A stretch of 63,964 nt of DNA, counting the filler, from Thelocarpon superellum (taxonomy: Eukaryota), in the NCBI GenBank assembly GCA_026025795.1. It is 3 parts of 3 records of this genome, joined end to end, with 100 filler letters (N's around TTAATTAATTAA, not from the genome) between each part and the next. Parts side by side here need not be neighbours in the genome. Positions count along the whole stretch, not along the records: positions 1 to 23,437 come from JAPEUG010000283.1; 2 more parts are not named here. One strand, given 5' to 3'. The notes beneath the pieces are model-generated. The model had not been told where the DNA came from and made no database searches. It was given only the letters and a program-made list of their open reading frames with translations. Below are positions 1-11,764 of this stretch, one piece after another. Position 1 is the first letter of the stretch, and every line of letters begins with the position of its first letter. Both the position numbers and the translations under genes were made by a program.

Positions 1-1354
1 TAGTAGTGACAAGCCTAGGACCTCGAGGAGAAGCCGTAGGGCCGAGGAGGTGGAGAAGGTCGGAGGAGTGCAAAGGGGATGTGAGTGGCCACGGTGGGAG
101 GGTCGCGCGCAGGCCTAGAACTCTAAACGCGCTTTCGCCCCCTGCCTACGCATGGCTCGCTCGCCCCATCGTTGGCCGCTCGCTCCCACCCCACCCCTTC
201 CCACGCTGGACCCCCCGACCGCTCTACTCGTCCTCGTACCGTTCGGTACGGCTGTCGCCTCGTCCATTCTATGCAAACGTTCCTCGCGCTGCTCGCCCAC
301 TCGTTTCTGCACCTCCCACCGCGCTTTCCACACCGTCCCTCCCTCTCCCCACACCCCCCTCCGACCACGTCCGACCGTCCTCCATCTCCTCCGCCGACTC
401 CTCCTCCCCCTTCCACCTCGCCCGACCGCCGCGAGTGCGTGACCGCAGGACTCCCATTCTATCCCCCACCTCCTTGTCTTGTTTCCTCCAGTCCTCCGTT
501 CATCCTTCCTTTTTCCCCGGCCAGCTCGTGCCGTGCCCGTGTTGTGTCGCTTCGTCGTGTCCTGATCCGGTCGCTGCCTTCGCCTCTGCCGTGATCTTGA
601 GGGTGCGCGTGTACGCATCGACTCCCCTCGTTCACCCTCCATCCCAACACTTCTCTACACCTCGGCGAACAGCGAACAGCGACCGGCGACCGGCGACCCG
701 TTCCCAGTGACCGACGATTCCTTGCGTGGTGTCCTTCATTCACCACCGTAGCGCACACGTCATTTGATCGACAACCCGTGCTTCCTGGTCTGGTCACCCT
801 CTCGCGTGGTTTGCAGCGCATACTACATCCACAGCCGGACCATTCACTCTCCCTCGCAACGCCCGATCTGTTGTCCTGCCGCGCATAGACCTTCACCGTG
901 ACACATCCTGGCGCCCTTGTAATTGACTTGCAAGCACCCCTCTCTCTCTTCGCTCTCCATCGGATAGTTCAACTTCCACCGGTTCCATCGGCTCCCACCC
1001 CCCCACCTCTTCTCTTCCTTGGTCCACCACGTTCGCCCTCGACCTCGATTGTTCTTGTCTACATTTGGCCTCGAACTTGGCTCATCAATCACGGTTGCCT
1101 TGTGGCAGGTTCCTGATCCATCCACTCTCAGCCCGAATAATACTTACGCCGGTCCTCGGCCTTTTTCATTTCGCCACCTTAATTCCTTAATTCCTGTCGA
1201 CCCCGGCCCCCGGCCCCCGGCCCCCGTCCTCCATTCTTGACCCGCGACTACCCCGCTCAAGATCCACGCCTGGCATTCGCCATCCGTCTACACTTTCACT
1301 CGGCCTTCGGCGTCTCGTCTCCAAAAGTTTCCGACTACATTGTCACCGGTGACC

Positions 1355-3151
1355 ATGAGCATGGACGCAGGCGGTCTTGCTCAAATGACTTACTCCAACT
1401 TTCCTTCTAATGGAGCACTGGGCGTCCCAGGCTCCGGGTTTGCCACCCGGGGCAAGGGATCGCACATCGCTCGACTCTCCGTCCCACAACCCGCCCCCGT
1501 GACCGGTGGGGCTGACGAGGGCCGCGGCGGTGGGAACACCACGTCGACACCCCGGACCAGCCGCTCCCATCTCCTTGCCAACTTGCGCACCGCGCCCAAG
1601 TCACCGTCCTTCCCGCCGTCGGCCCCCCCGGTGCAAATGCAACACCACGTGGGACTCGACGGAAGCAAATACGCCGATCCCGAGAATGCCCGTCCGAACC
1701 ACATCAGCGGGCCCAAGACGTCCATCGGCGCCCGCTTCCCGACCCCGCCTTCGCACCAATACGCCCCGAATCCGATGGCCACCTTGACTCCCGGTCGACA
1801 AATGTATTCAACCCCGGAGCAGGTCCTGGCACCGCCCTCAATTCAAATCGGACAAGAGCCGGGGGATGAGCAGATGGACCCCAACCTCTATGCAGAGCTG
1901 GTGGCGACAAACCTCTACCTGGCGCAGCAGCAACAACGTCTGCAGCAGCAGCTGATCAACGTGACGGCGGCGGCGCAGCAGTTTGGCGCCCTTGGCTTGA
2001 ACGAGCAGCATGGGTATCAAGCGCCGCAGATGCAGCCGCAGTTCGTCACCTCGCCCGCGGCCCAACAACAAGCCTTCTACAACCAGCAACAGCAGAATCT
2101 CATGCAGCCCGTCATCTCGCCGGTGCCGGGCGCGCAGCCAGGCCTGTACTCTGTCTACAATCCTTTGACCGGCCAGCAAGGCTTCTTCGTCGATCCCCAG
2201 GCCTCCCAGCCCCAGTCGCAGGCCCAGCCGCAGTTTGCCGGCTCGCCCACCGGGTCTAGCCCGGAACACAGCGCGCCCCCGCAGCTGAATGTATCTCGCG
2301 CGCAGTCTAACATGTCCCCCCCGGCGGTGACTACCGCGCCGCCGACGTGTATGACGCGCAACACCGCGTCTCCGAAAACGGTCTTGTCCCCTACGCAGGC
2401 TACGCTCGCTCTTCCCCCACCGTCCGCCAACGCTTTCCGCCGGGGGCATAAGCAGACACCGTCTAATGTGTCGAACCTCAATGTCTCCGCCTCGACGGGC
2501 AGCTCCGGTGCATCGAAGCTCGCGGGCCCCAAGTCGGCCGGGTACCCAGTGACGCCCATGACGGGCACCTTTGGCCCGGGCCAGGGGCGTGCGGGCGAAC
2601 ATCCCGTCCGTCAGCCCCGGGGCCCCCCCCCGCTTGAGGAATTGATTGCCAATCCCACCACCAAGCACGAGGGCAGCAAGAATTTTGCCACCCGCCAACG
2701 CCGTCGTGCCGTCCATAGTCTGGTGCGGGCCGGGATCGAACGCCGTGGCGGCCGTAGTCATGGCTCCACCGATAGCGTTGAGAGTATGACGCCCGTCAGC
2801 GAGGCTGAGATCACCTTCTTGGTTCCATCCGACAATGACTCTGAGAGCCTGGGTAGCGGGAGCCTCTCGGGCAAACCCAGCCTGGGCAGTCTCCGAGCTG
2901 TCGCCAACGGTGCCATCGGATCGGAGCGGAAGGAGCTGAAGGAGCGATCGCGCGAACGAGATTCGCTCGGCAGCCATGTCAAGGCGACGAGCGTCAGCAG
3001 CGAGGAGGGCGCCGGGGTGGGCGGCAAGGTGGCTGAAGTCAAGACCGACGGTGCACCCGGCGCGAACAGCAGAGGCGTTGTCGGCGAGGTGCGGAAGACG
3101 CCGATGCTGGTGCTTACATCGGCGGAGAAGCGGAAGAGCTCGATGTTCTAG
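1355..3151 (+). CDS. Conserved fungal hypothetical protein, Q/P-rich and low-complexity, with an RQPRGP..KNFATRQRRRA block
   Basis: Intronless ~598-aa ORF; first ATG at 1355. It has poly-Q segments and a compact basic block HPVRQPRGPPPLEEL...GSKNFATRQRRRAV recalled from uncharacterised fungal proteins. A long pyrimidine-rich leader lies upstream. Confidence 0.8.
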   Translation: MSMDAGGLAQMTYSNFPSNGALGVPGSGFATRGKGSHIARLSVPQPAPVTGGADEGRGGGNTTSTPRTSRSHLLANLRTAPKSPSFPPSAPPVQMQHHVGLDGSKYADPENARPNHISGPKTSIGARFPTPPSHQYAPNPMATLTPGRQMYSTPEQVLAPPSIQIGQEPGDEQMDPNLYAELVATNLYLAQQQQRLQQQLINVTAAAQQFGALGLNEQHGYQAPQMQPQFVTSPAAQQQAFYNQQQQNLMQPVISPVPGAQPGLYSVYNPLTGQQGFFVDPQASQPQSQAQPQFAGSPTGSSPEHSAPPQLNVSRAQSNMSPPAVTTAPPTCMTRNTASPKTVLSPTQATLALPPPSANAFRRGHKQTPSNVSNLNVSASTGSSGASKLAGPKSAGYPVTPMTGTFGPGQGRAGEHPVRQPRGPPPLEELIANPTTKHEGSKNFATRQRRRAVHSLVRAGIERRGGRSHGSTDSVESMTPVSEAEITFLVPSDNDSESLGSGSLSGKPSLGSLRAVANGAIGSERKELKERSRERDSLGSHVKATSVSSEEGAGVGGKVAEVKTDGAPGANSRGVVGEVRKTPMLVLTSAEKRKSSMF

Positions 3152-5156
3152 GGACGTGATGCGACTACCCGACTGCCAGCTTGCGCTGCGCTTGCTTCCT
3201 GCTTCGGCTCATGCCCCTGATGACTTGGTGAACGCCTTTTCTTGACGAGGGCATCGACGGTCGGTCGAAGCTTGTTCTCGGCCACCGTCTGGTGCCCCCG
3301 TTCATACGGCCACGACTTTCTCATGTGTTCCCCCTCTTCACTTCTCCGACTGGTCGGCCTCCGACTTGGATTCTCTGCCACCCTGCATAGCTTTTGCGTG
3401 GCTGAAGCACAGAGTGCGCGTAGCCCACGTGAGGGTGCATGTCCGTCTCCTCGTCGTTTCTCCTTACCCTTGTCCAAAATTGGCACCATAATCATGTCGG
3501 TGAGGACACTTTCGCACCCGGCGACTCTCCTTTTCAAATTGCACACGGCTCCTCCCGCTCTCCGGACTTTCACAAGTATTGGTTGGACGGAAAACTGCGG
3601 GAAGGGCTGGATAGACAGAGGGTGGCCGGTGACCGTACCCAGGTAGGATCACCCGGTGCGATACTTCCGTCTGTCCGACCCTGGCCTGCCCAGGTTGAAG
3701 CCTGCTACAACTAGACAAATACAGTTATTTACAACCATCCACACGTATTGGACGACACCCGTGAATAATTGAGAGCACTTACAACCACCGGACAATGTTC
3801 TGCGCAACCTCCCGCCCATCCCGGAGCCCTACTAGGGCTATTTATTGGGAGCGCCCCTGTTCACTCGGTAGGCCGGAGCCCGCCCTGCTCTATCAGCATA
3901 TGTGTCTACGTGGCATGTCGCGCCTCTAAGTCACTACAAGTATCTGTTATTCGATGGTACAAAGGGGGGTGAGGGAAGGGGAGGGGGGCGGGGAAAGTAG
4001 GGGGCTACGCAGATCAGTGTCCGCCTGTTGCTACCGGCGTACAGGTACGGAATCAGAGCACCGCGATGGCCGTCATTGACTCATTCTCGTCCTCGCCCTC
4101 GCACAGAGCTACGGCGTGCCAAGAGGACGTTTCGTGGCTCTGTATGAGAAGGGAAACCAAAAGTGATGCTATCACAATTGTTGCCGGTACAGTTGTTCTC
4201 CATATCACAGTGGGGCCGGTGGTGAGGGGTGCACAAGTTTTTAGATAAACAACGCGCTCGTGGCGCTTTCCGTTGATCGTGCAAATGCCCCACGGAATAT
4301 GCTTCTCTATGGCGCGATCGGAGGTAGCGAAGGCGCCCGCCGGGTTGTGGTGCGTTGGGTTCTGAACGAGGCACAGGGATCCGTTAGGCAACCGTAGTGG
4401 ACGGGGAGGCCACGACCCGACCGTACCATCCGTAATTGTCGACTCATCGACACTTCTCTGAAAGCTGTTGGGAAGACCCACGGCCATCGGTGCGGATGGC
4501 AACTGGAGTCCCACCGGCGGCCTTCTCTTTCACCTAATGTTTCGTCTCTGGTCCGTCCTCTTCTCTAGCCGCATGTGACACAGAACGCAGGTGGGGCCAG
4601 GGCCAAGAGGGGAGGGTCTTGGGCCAACGAGATCGTCGCTACTCAGCAGAAGATTCTTCTCTCCCACGCTCGCCTCCATCGCCGCCCAAGTGGTGGCGGC
4701 TGGTCCGGAAGCGGACTCAGGTACACTGCTATCTTTGTCACGGAGACCGTCGCGCACTACGATTCCTACTGGCGCCGGATCCTGAACGGCGCATCTATTT
4801 CCTCCCAGTAGGGTGCGCTCGGTACGCATGGGTCTACGTGATGACAAGCAGAGGGGATTTCGCGCTCGCCTCCTCCGTTTTGCCTTTCGCGTCGCTGGGC
4901 GTGGCATGGCTAAGACTCGTTCGGTAATAGTCGGGTCGAATGCGTGCCTCCGGCACTCGGCCATCGTGAAAAACGTCACCGGTGCCCCACTGCCATTGCC
5001 AGAATGAATATGAACGCTCATCTCGCGACGTGTCATTCTGTTTCAAATGTGTTCTACATCACACCGTATCACCGAGTCATGGCGATACCTTGCCTCCTGA
5101 ACTGTCTTGACTTCCTCCTTGGTTGAGCGCTCAACCAACCTCATCTCCACGCTCCC

Positions 5157-8100
5157 ATGTCCGGCAGCGAGCGGACGTGACTCGTGCTATTGGCCCTCTG
5201 ACGGCCCCATCGCATCCCTCCCTGGGATAGCGTCGTGGAAATCTCCCGAGAAGCGACGTCACACGACGTGCTTCGCAGGGGGGTTCAGGGCGCGTGGAGC
5301 CAGTCGCTGTCGTCAAGCACCATGGACAAACCCTCGGGGCTCGACGCAAGCCACCGCCACGATGACAGCCACAGCCGCTCCCGCAGCTCTGGAGGGCTCG
5401 GACGTCGTGAACGACCGAGGGTGAGGTTCACGCCCGGGGGAGAGTGGATGGATGACGAGAACCATCGCGTCCCCTTCCATCTTCGAGACACCAGCGCCCT
5501 GCCTGCGCCGTCTGCCGAATCATCACCGCCACATCCCGTCCAATCACGCCCACGTCCCACAAGTGACGCTGAGACCGGCCCGGGGCCCGAAGGAAAGAGT
5601 GGCTCCGACCCTGAATTGACGACCTTTGGAGAGCCGATCGATGAGAAGCATCCTGAACTAGCGGCACTACGCCAGCACCAGCTGACGAAACCCCGTCCGT
5701 CGCTCGTCCGAGGCATCTCACACACGTCCGACATCAGCGACATCGATGAGGCGGATGATGATGGACGCGCCACAGAGAAGGCGGCCTCCCAGATGACGGC
5801 TCAGGAGCGAGCCATGCAGCTGGCCCGACGCATAGGCACGTCGGCCCCAGCGTCGTTGCGTGCCTCGCCCAACGTGTCCCCGTCATCGCCACGGCCATCT
5901 GGGCCCGATGGTCTGCCGGTGCGGTTGGACGATATCCCCCTAATGGATCTCAACCACGTCACGACGGCCGATGAGAGCGAGAGCGACGACGAGACCCGAC
6001 GACGGCGACGAAAGGGCAAGAGCACATCGGAAGCGCACCAGCTGGTGCGCATGCACACCAAGAAGGGAGGTGGCCGCATCCGTAGCGGCTCGGCTTCACC
6101 TCCCCCCTTGCGATCGGGCCAAGTGACACCCGTGGGGGACCGCGATCCCATTGATTATGTGGCACCGCCCACGGCCTATCGAGGGGGCATCCTCTCCGCC
6201 CTGCTGAAGCTGTACAATCCCTCCGGGGGGTCCGGTGGAGCGACGCCTGGTGAATTCGAAGGTCACCTTCGGCCCGGCAACAGTGCCGAGTCCGAACACC
6301 ATAGTCCGAGTCATGCCGCCGGCTCTCCAGGATCGTCGGGCCATGGCACGCCCAGATCCAAGCACCCGAAGTGGTATAAGAATCGCAGCGACATCCACTC
6401 GACCAGCTCCCTCGCTGGGTTGATCGAGTCTTCCACGATGATGGCCACACCCGCCGCCGCGGCGACCATTCAGGTCAACGGTCATCGCCGGCACGACGGC
6501 AAGGGCCGGCCGGGGCATGGCCGGCGGCACTACAGCGGCGCGGGCAAGGTGGGGGCCGCGCTAGGCCGCATCTCGAAGCCGCGGTTGGAAGACGAGATCA
6601 AGATCACGGTGCATATTGCCGAGACACTGTCCCGGCAGAAGTACCTGCTGAAGCTCTGTCGGGCCTTGATGTACTATGGCGCGCCGACGCATCGCCTCGA
6701 AGGTGGGTGTGCGACCGGGAGGGGTGATGCATGGACCACGCACTGACGAGGCTGCAGAGTACATGAAGATGACGGCGCGCGTGCTGGAAATCGATAGTCA
6801 ATTTCTGTACATCCCCGGCTGCATGATCATCTCCTTTGACGACGCGACGACGCACACGACCGAGGTCAAGCTGGTGCGCACGGCGCAAGGCGTCGACCTA
6901 GGCAAGCTCAGGGACACGCATGAGATCTACAAGGAGGTCGTGCACGATGTGATAGGCGTCGAGGAGGCCACGCAGTCGCTCGACGAGGTGCTCAACCGGA
7001 GGCCCAAGCACCATCCCTGGTAAGCCTCCCCCGCCACTCAGCGGAGGGGACGCATGATGGCTAACGTGAGGTGGCAGGGTCATCGTGCTGACGTATGGTC
7101 TGGCCAGCGCGTGCGTCGGGCCCTTTGCCTTCCAAGCACGCTTCATCGACCTCCCGCTCAGCTTCGCGCTGGGGGCCATCCTTGGCACGCTCCAGATCAT
7201 CGTCGCCCCGCGATCCGATCTGTACTCGAATGTCTTTGAGATCTCGGCGGCGGTACTGACCAGCTTCCTGGCACGCGCATTTGGCTCCATCTCGGGCGGA
7301 AACATCTTTTGCTTTTCGGCCTTGGCCCAATCGTCCATCGCGCTCATCCTGCCCGGATACACCGTCCGTACGTGGGCCCCAGCCCGGCCCCCTCCCTCGG
7401 AGCGGTCATGGCGGCGACTGACGAGACGCTAGTCTGCGGGTCGCTCGAGCTGCAATCGAAGAGCATCGTGGCCGGATCCGTTCGCATGGTCTATGCCATC
7501 ATCTACTCGCTCTTCTTGGGCTTTGGCATCACCATCGGCACGGCCATGTACGGACTCATCGATCCCCAACACGCGACGTCGAAGACGCAATGTAGCAATC
7601 AGATGCCGGAGTATCTGCCCTTCATCTTCGTCCCGGCTTTTACCTTGTGGTAGGCTCCCTCGACGCGCTACCGGAGACGCTTGCTGATGGCCACAGCCTG
7701 ATCGTGATCAACCAAGCCAAATGGCGGCAGGCGCCGGTGATGATCGTCATCGCCTTTGTCGGCTTCATCGTCAATTTCTTCACCGCGCGCAAGTTCCCGT
7801 CCAATGCGCAGGTCAGCAACACATTGAGTGCCTTTGCGATTGGCGTGCTCGGCAACCTCTACTCGCGCCTCCATCACGGCCTCGCGGCCGCGGCCATGCT
7901 CCCGGCCATCTTCGTGCTCGTGCCGTCGGGCCTTGCGGCCAGCGGGAGTCTAGTGTCGGGGGTCACGAGTGCCAACCAGATCATCAACGGGACCAATTCC
8001 ACGACGGGCCCGGGCTCGACGGTTACGAACGGCAACGATGCGGTACAGGTGAACACGGTCATCTTCAATGTGGGCTATTCCATGATCCAAGTTGCCATTG

Positions 8101-8180
8101 GCATCACCATGGGACTCTTCCTCAGCGCGCTAGTTGTTTACCCGTTTGGGAAGCGAAGAAGCGGTCTGTTTTCCTTTTGA
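5157..8180 (+). CDS. prm10: Prm10 / DUF1212 (ThrE threonine-serine exporter family) membrane protein, spliced
   Basis: Motifs KPRLEDEIKITVHIAE, LCRALMYYGAPTHRLEEYM, YIPGCMIISFDD, SSIALILPGY, ELQSKSIVAGSVRM and C-terminal YPFGKRRSGLFSF. Introns at 6703-6757, 7020-7077, ~7368-7432 and ~7650-7696. Possible first micro-exon 5157-5176; otherwise the start is ATG 5322. Confidence 0.88.
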
Positions 8181-8423
8181 TGGCGTCAAGCTGTGCTTGT
8201 ATCGGAAGACTGGGAGCGTTTCGGGTGTTGACAAAGGACGCGTGGTACATCGGAGCGGCAAGAGAGGGAAAGAGCATCATTCGGCGCAGGATGGGGGGAT
8301 TCGTGCTTGCATGTACTCGATGTCCAGTAACACGCACGTCTCTTTTGTACACGAGCTCTAGACCCGATAGATGCCGGGACGAGGGGAGCGACGGGGTTTC
8401 GCCCAATGAACATATGACGGCGC

Positions 8424-8856
8424 TCAATTGCTCCGCGCACCGCCTCTTGCTTCCCGTAGCTCATCCATCTTGGCGACCCGCTTCTTGAACTCCACGTATT
8501 GGCACTTTTCGTAGCTATGTCGCTCATCCTGCCGGCGTGCGTGACCTCGTCAGCGTCATGTCCACACCACACCCGTCCATGCCCGGGAGAGGGTCGGCCG
8601 ACCTCGCACTTCCACGGGAGGTAATATTCCTCGACGCGGCATCGATTGAGGGGAATCAAGAGATGTGCACAGCTATCTCGATAGGCCAGCGGGAGCTTGG
8701 CCGCTGACATAGCCGCTCGGGAGGCCGATTCTAAGGAGGATGCGTTAGATCGTACGTGAATCTGAAGATGGAGGGTTGCGGGGGAAGGCAGGGCTTTGGC
8801 CTACCTTGGCCATCGTCGAGGCCCGCGGCCTTCTTGACGGTCTCGGTGATGGTCAT
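8424..8856 (-). CDS. NDUFB7: NADH:ubiquinone oxidoreductase B18 subunit (NDUFB7), 3 exons
   Basis: MSAAKLPLAYRDSCAHLLIPLNRCRVEEYYLPWKCE|DERHSYEKCQYVEFKKRV (twin CX9C). ATG at 8856, TGA at 8424-8426, two GT-AG introns. Confidence 0.93.
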
Positions 8857-9465
8857 CGTTGAGAGGTGGCGGACACGGATGGTTCGCAGTGGTGGAGGTC
8901 GGTCGGTCGGTCGGATTGGATGTTGGACGACGGACCTCGCCGGGGTGTTCGTGATTGGCTGGTCCTTACATAATCCTCAGCATGTCCGGTAGGTAATTGG
9001 CTGGCTCATGCCCCATCCTCTGAACGCCTCATGATTGGAGGGCATTGGACTATCGCCGACACCTGCGTCCCTGAAGTTAGCGACCTTGCCGAAAGAAGGG
9101 CAAAGTGGACCCGGCGTACCGTCGGCGCGCCAGCCCGTAGAGTGAACGCGTTCGCCTCGCGACTAGAATGAGAGCCTGAGCGCCGTGCGCGCCGCTCTCC
9201 TCCACTCATGTGCCTACTCGAGCACCTTCCTTCCTGCCCACTCCACCATTCGTGATCCCCCCGCTGCCGATGCACCGCCGAAGGTCTGATCTTGAAATCT
9301 CTTCGACGCGGTCATTACTGTCTCTCGCTCCTTACAACACGGTCCCTTGCCTGCCCCAGATCTTGGGGCGGCGTCTCACCTCTGCTCCCGCCCACTCGCC
9401 TTCGCGGGGCAGCATATCCACCCAGGAGCTTTGCTGAGCGCACGCGCTGTACCCTCCGGTCCATC

Positions 9466-11609
9466 ATGGCAGCCAGTGGCAGTGCAGTCAGGATTTTCTC
9501 GGCCACCTACAGTAATGTGAGTCGGCAGTATGACGGTAGACGTGGACTCCTACTGAACCAGCTAGGTGCCCGTGTACGAATACAGCTTCGCCGGAAATCA
9601 TGTCATGAGACGGAGGGGCGATGACTGGATCAATGCGACGCATATCTTGAAAGTCGCCGACTTTGACAAGCCAGCGCGCACGCGCATCCTCGAGAGGGAG
9701 GTCCAGAAGGGCGTGCACGAAAAGGTGCAGGGTGGCTATGGCAAATATCAAGGTAGGCCGGTCATGATGGGTTCATCCCAGGGACCCCACGTGCTCATCA
9801 TGGTGCGGTAGGAACGTGGATCCCATTGCATGAAGGCCGTTCGCTTGCACAGCGCAATGGCGTGTTGGAAAAGCTGTTGCCCATCCTTGACTACGTGCCG
9901 GGGGACCAGAGCCCGCCGCAGGCCCCCAAGCATACGACGGCGGCGTCCAGCAAGCCCAAGGTGCCCAAGGCGGCGGCCATGGCGCGGCGTGTCGCCAGTA
10001 CGTGTCCTCGCCGCGTGGGTCTGGCGGGCTGGCTAACGGGATAGAACCAGTGCCAGCATCCAGTCAGTTTGGCGACGATCAGTATGACAACATCAGCGCG
10101 CAGCTGAACGATGATGACACGCCGGACAACACGACGATTGCGTCGTACGACGACGACGACATGCTTCAGATGTCGCAGAACTCGACGGGCTCACGCAAGC
10201 GGAAGCGAGGCATGGCGCCGGCACCGGCGCTCTCAAGCTACGACGAGCAGCACATTGCCTACGCGGACGAGCTGCTGGACTACTTCATGTTGGCGTCGTC
10301 CGATCCGCCCTTGCTCAACATCAAGCCACCGACGCCGCCGGAGAACTTCAACGTGGACCGGGCCATTGACGAGCAGGGCCACACGGCGCTCCACTGGGCA
10401 GCGGCCATGGGCGACATTGCCGTGGTGCGTGAGCTCCTCAACCGAGGCGCGACGCTGGCCAAGCCGTCGAGCAACGGGGAGACGCCGCTGATGCGGGCGG
10501 TGCTGTTCACGAACAACTACGAGAAGTCCAGCATGCCCAAGCTGATCCACTTGTTGCTCGACACGGTGGAGGCCACGGACTATTTTGGCTCAACCGTCTT
10601 CCACCACATCGCGGCGACGACGAGCACGCGCAGCAAGTTTCTCTGCGCGCGATACTACTGCGACATCATCGCGAACCGGCTGAGCGAGAACCTTTCGGGC
10701 GACGACCTGGCGCGCATCCTCGACCTGCAGGACACGCACGGCGACACGGCTTTGACGATCGCCGCGCGGTGTGGCGCCACCAAATGCGTGCGATCGCTCG
10801 TCGGCCACGGAGCCTCGACCCAGGTGCGCAACCGCGCCGGGGAAAGCGCGGACGAGCTGCTGGCGCAACTGCAGCGACGCAAGCGCGAGCGGCCCATGGC
10901 CTCCTCGTCGCCCTTCCAAGCCGACGCCTCTGGCTCGACGCGCGACACGCTGCCGGCGGAGCGCCTGTCGTCAGGACCGCACCAGTCGGAAGCGGCGCAG
11001 GCACTGGCCGCGACCTTCGGGCCGGTGATCATGGAGAAGAGCAAGAAACTCGCGGACGCCTTCGACAGCGAGCTGATCGAAAAGGACGCCGATCTGCGCG
11101 AGGCGAAGCGGCTGCGGGCGGGGATGGAAGACGAGCTGCGGGCGGTGCGGCAGGAGATGCAGCGGCTGCAGACGAGCGAGCAGGACGAGCAGCTGGAAGC
11201 GGCGGAGACGGAGCGGCTGGCGGGGCTGGAGCGCGAGACGCAGAGCCTGGTGGAGCACGAGCAGCGCCAGGAGCTGCAGCAGCTCCTCAACGCCGAGGAG
11301 AGCCGCGTGTCGCCCGCCTCGCGCCTGCAGCAGCCGCAGACGGAGGACCAGCTGCAGGACAAGCTGCGCCTCGTCGCCGCCCTGCACGAGGAGCAGCGCA
11401 TCCGCCACTCCCTCGTGCGCGACGTCGTCCACCACGCGAGTCTGGCCGGCAAGGGCGAGCGCCACGCCCAGTATCGCAAGCTCATCGGCTCGTCGCTGTC
11501 CTTGGATGAGAACGAGGTCGAGAACTGCGTGCCGGGGATCCTGGCCGAGCTGGAGACGGCCAAGATCAGTGATGGTGGCGGTGCCATTCTGCAGGAGATG
11601 CCCAAGTGA
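9466..11609 (+). CDS. mbp1: MBF/SBF cell-cycle transcription factor (APSES/KilA-N domain + ankyrin repeats + coiled coil), Mbp1/Res-like
   Basis: [13 protein letters not shown]...[19 protein letters not shown]...[30 protein letters not shown] (APSES). Ankyrin repeats [21 protein letters not shown] and [10 protein letters not shown]. Three introns at the 5' end. Confidence 0.9.
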
Positions 11610-11764
11610 TGTATGGATATAGTTATGGATGGATGGCGTCGATGCGATGTATGAATAGCGATGCATCGTACGATTGAACTACTTGACAACGTGATTGATT
11701 GATTCCTTCATCATCATCATCATCTCCTCCTCCAACGTTGAAAGACGTGGATGTTCATCCATCA

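Noticed and set aside
1838..2977. Long antisense or alternate-frame ORFs (e.g. 1838-2977, 10655-11689, 28882-29886, 34802-35731, 47619-48860)
   Set aside because: They shadow real genes; expected from high GC and codon bias; no recognisable domains.
4053..5036. Minus-strand ORFs of 153 and 168 aa between the first gene and prm10
   Set aside because: Non-ATG starts, no recognisable motifs or convincing splice pattern; a lineage-specific gene cannot be fully excluded.
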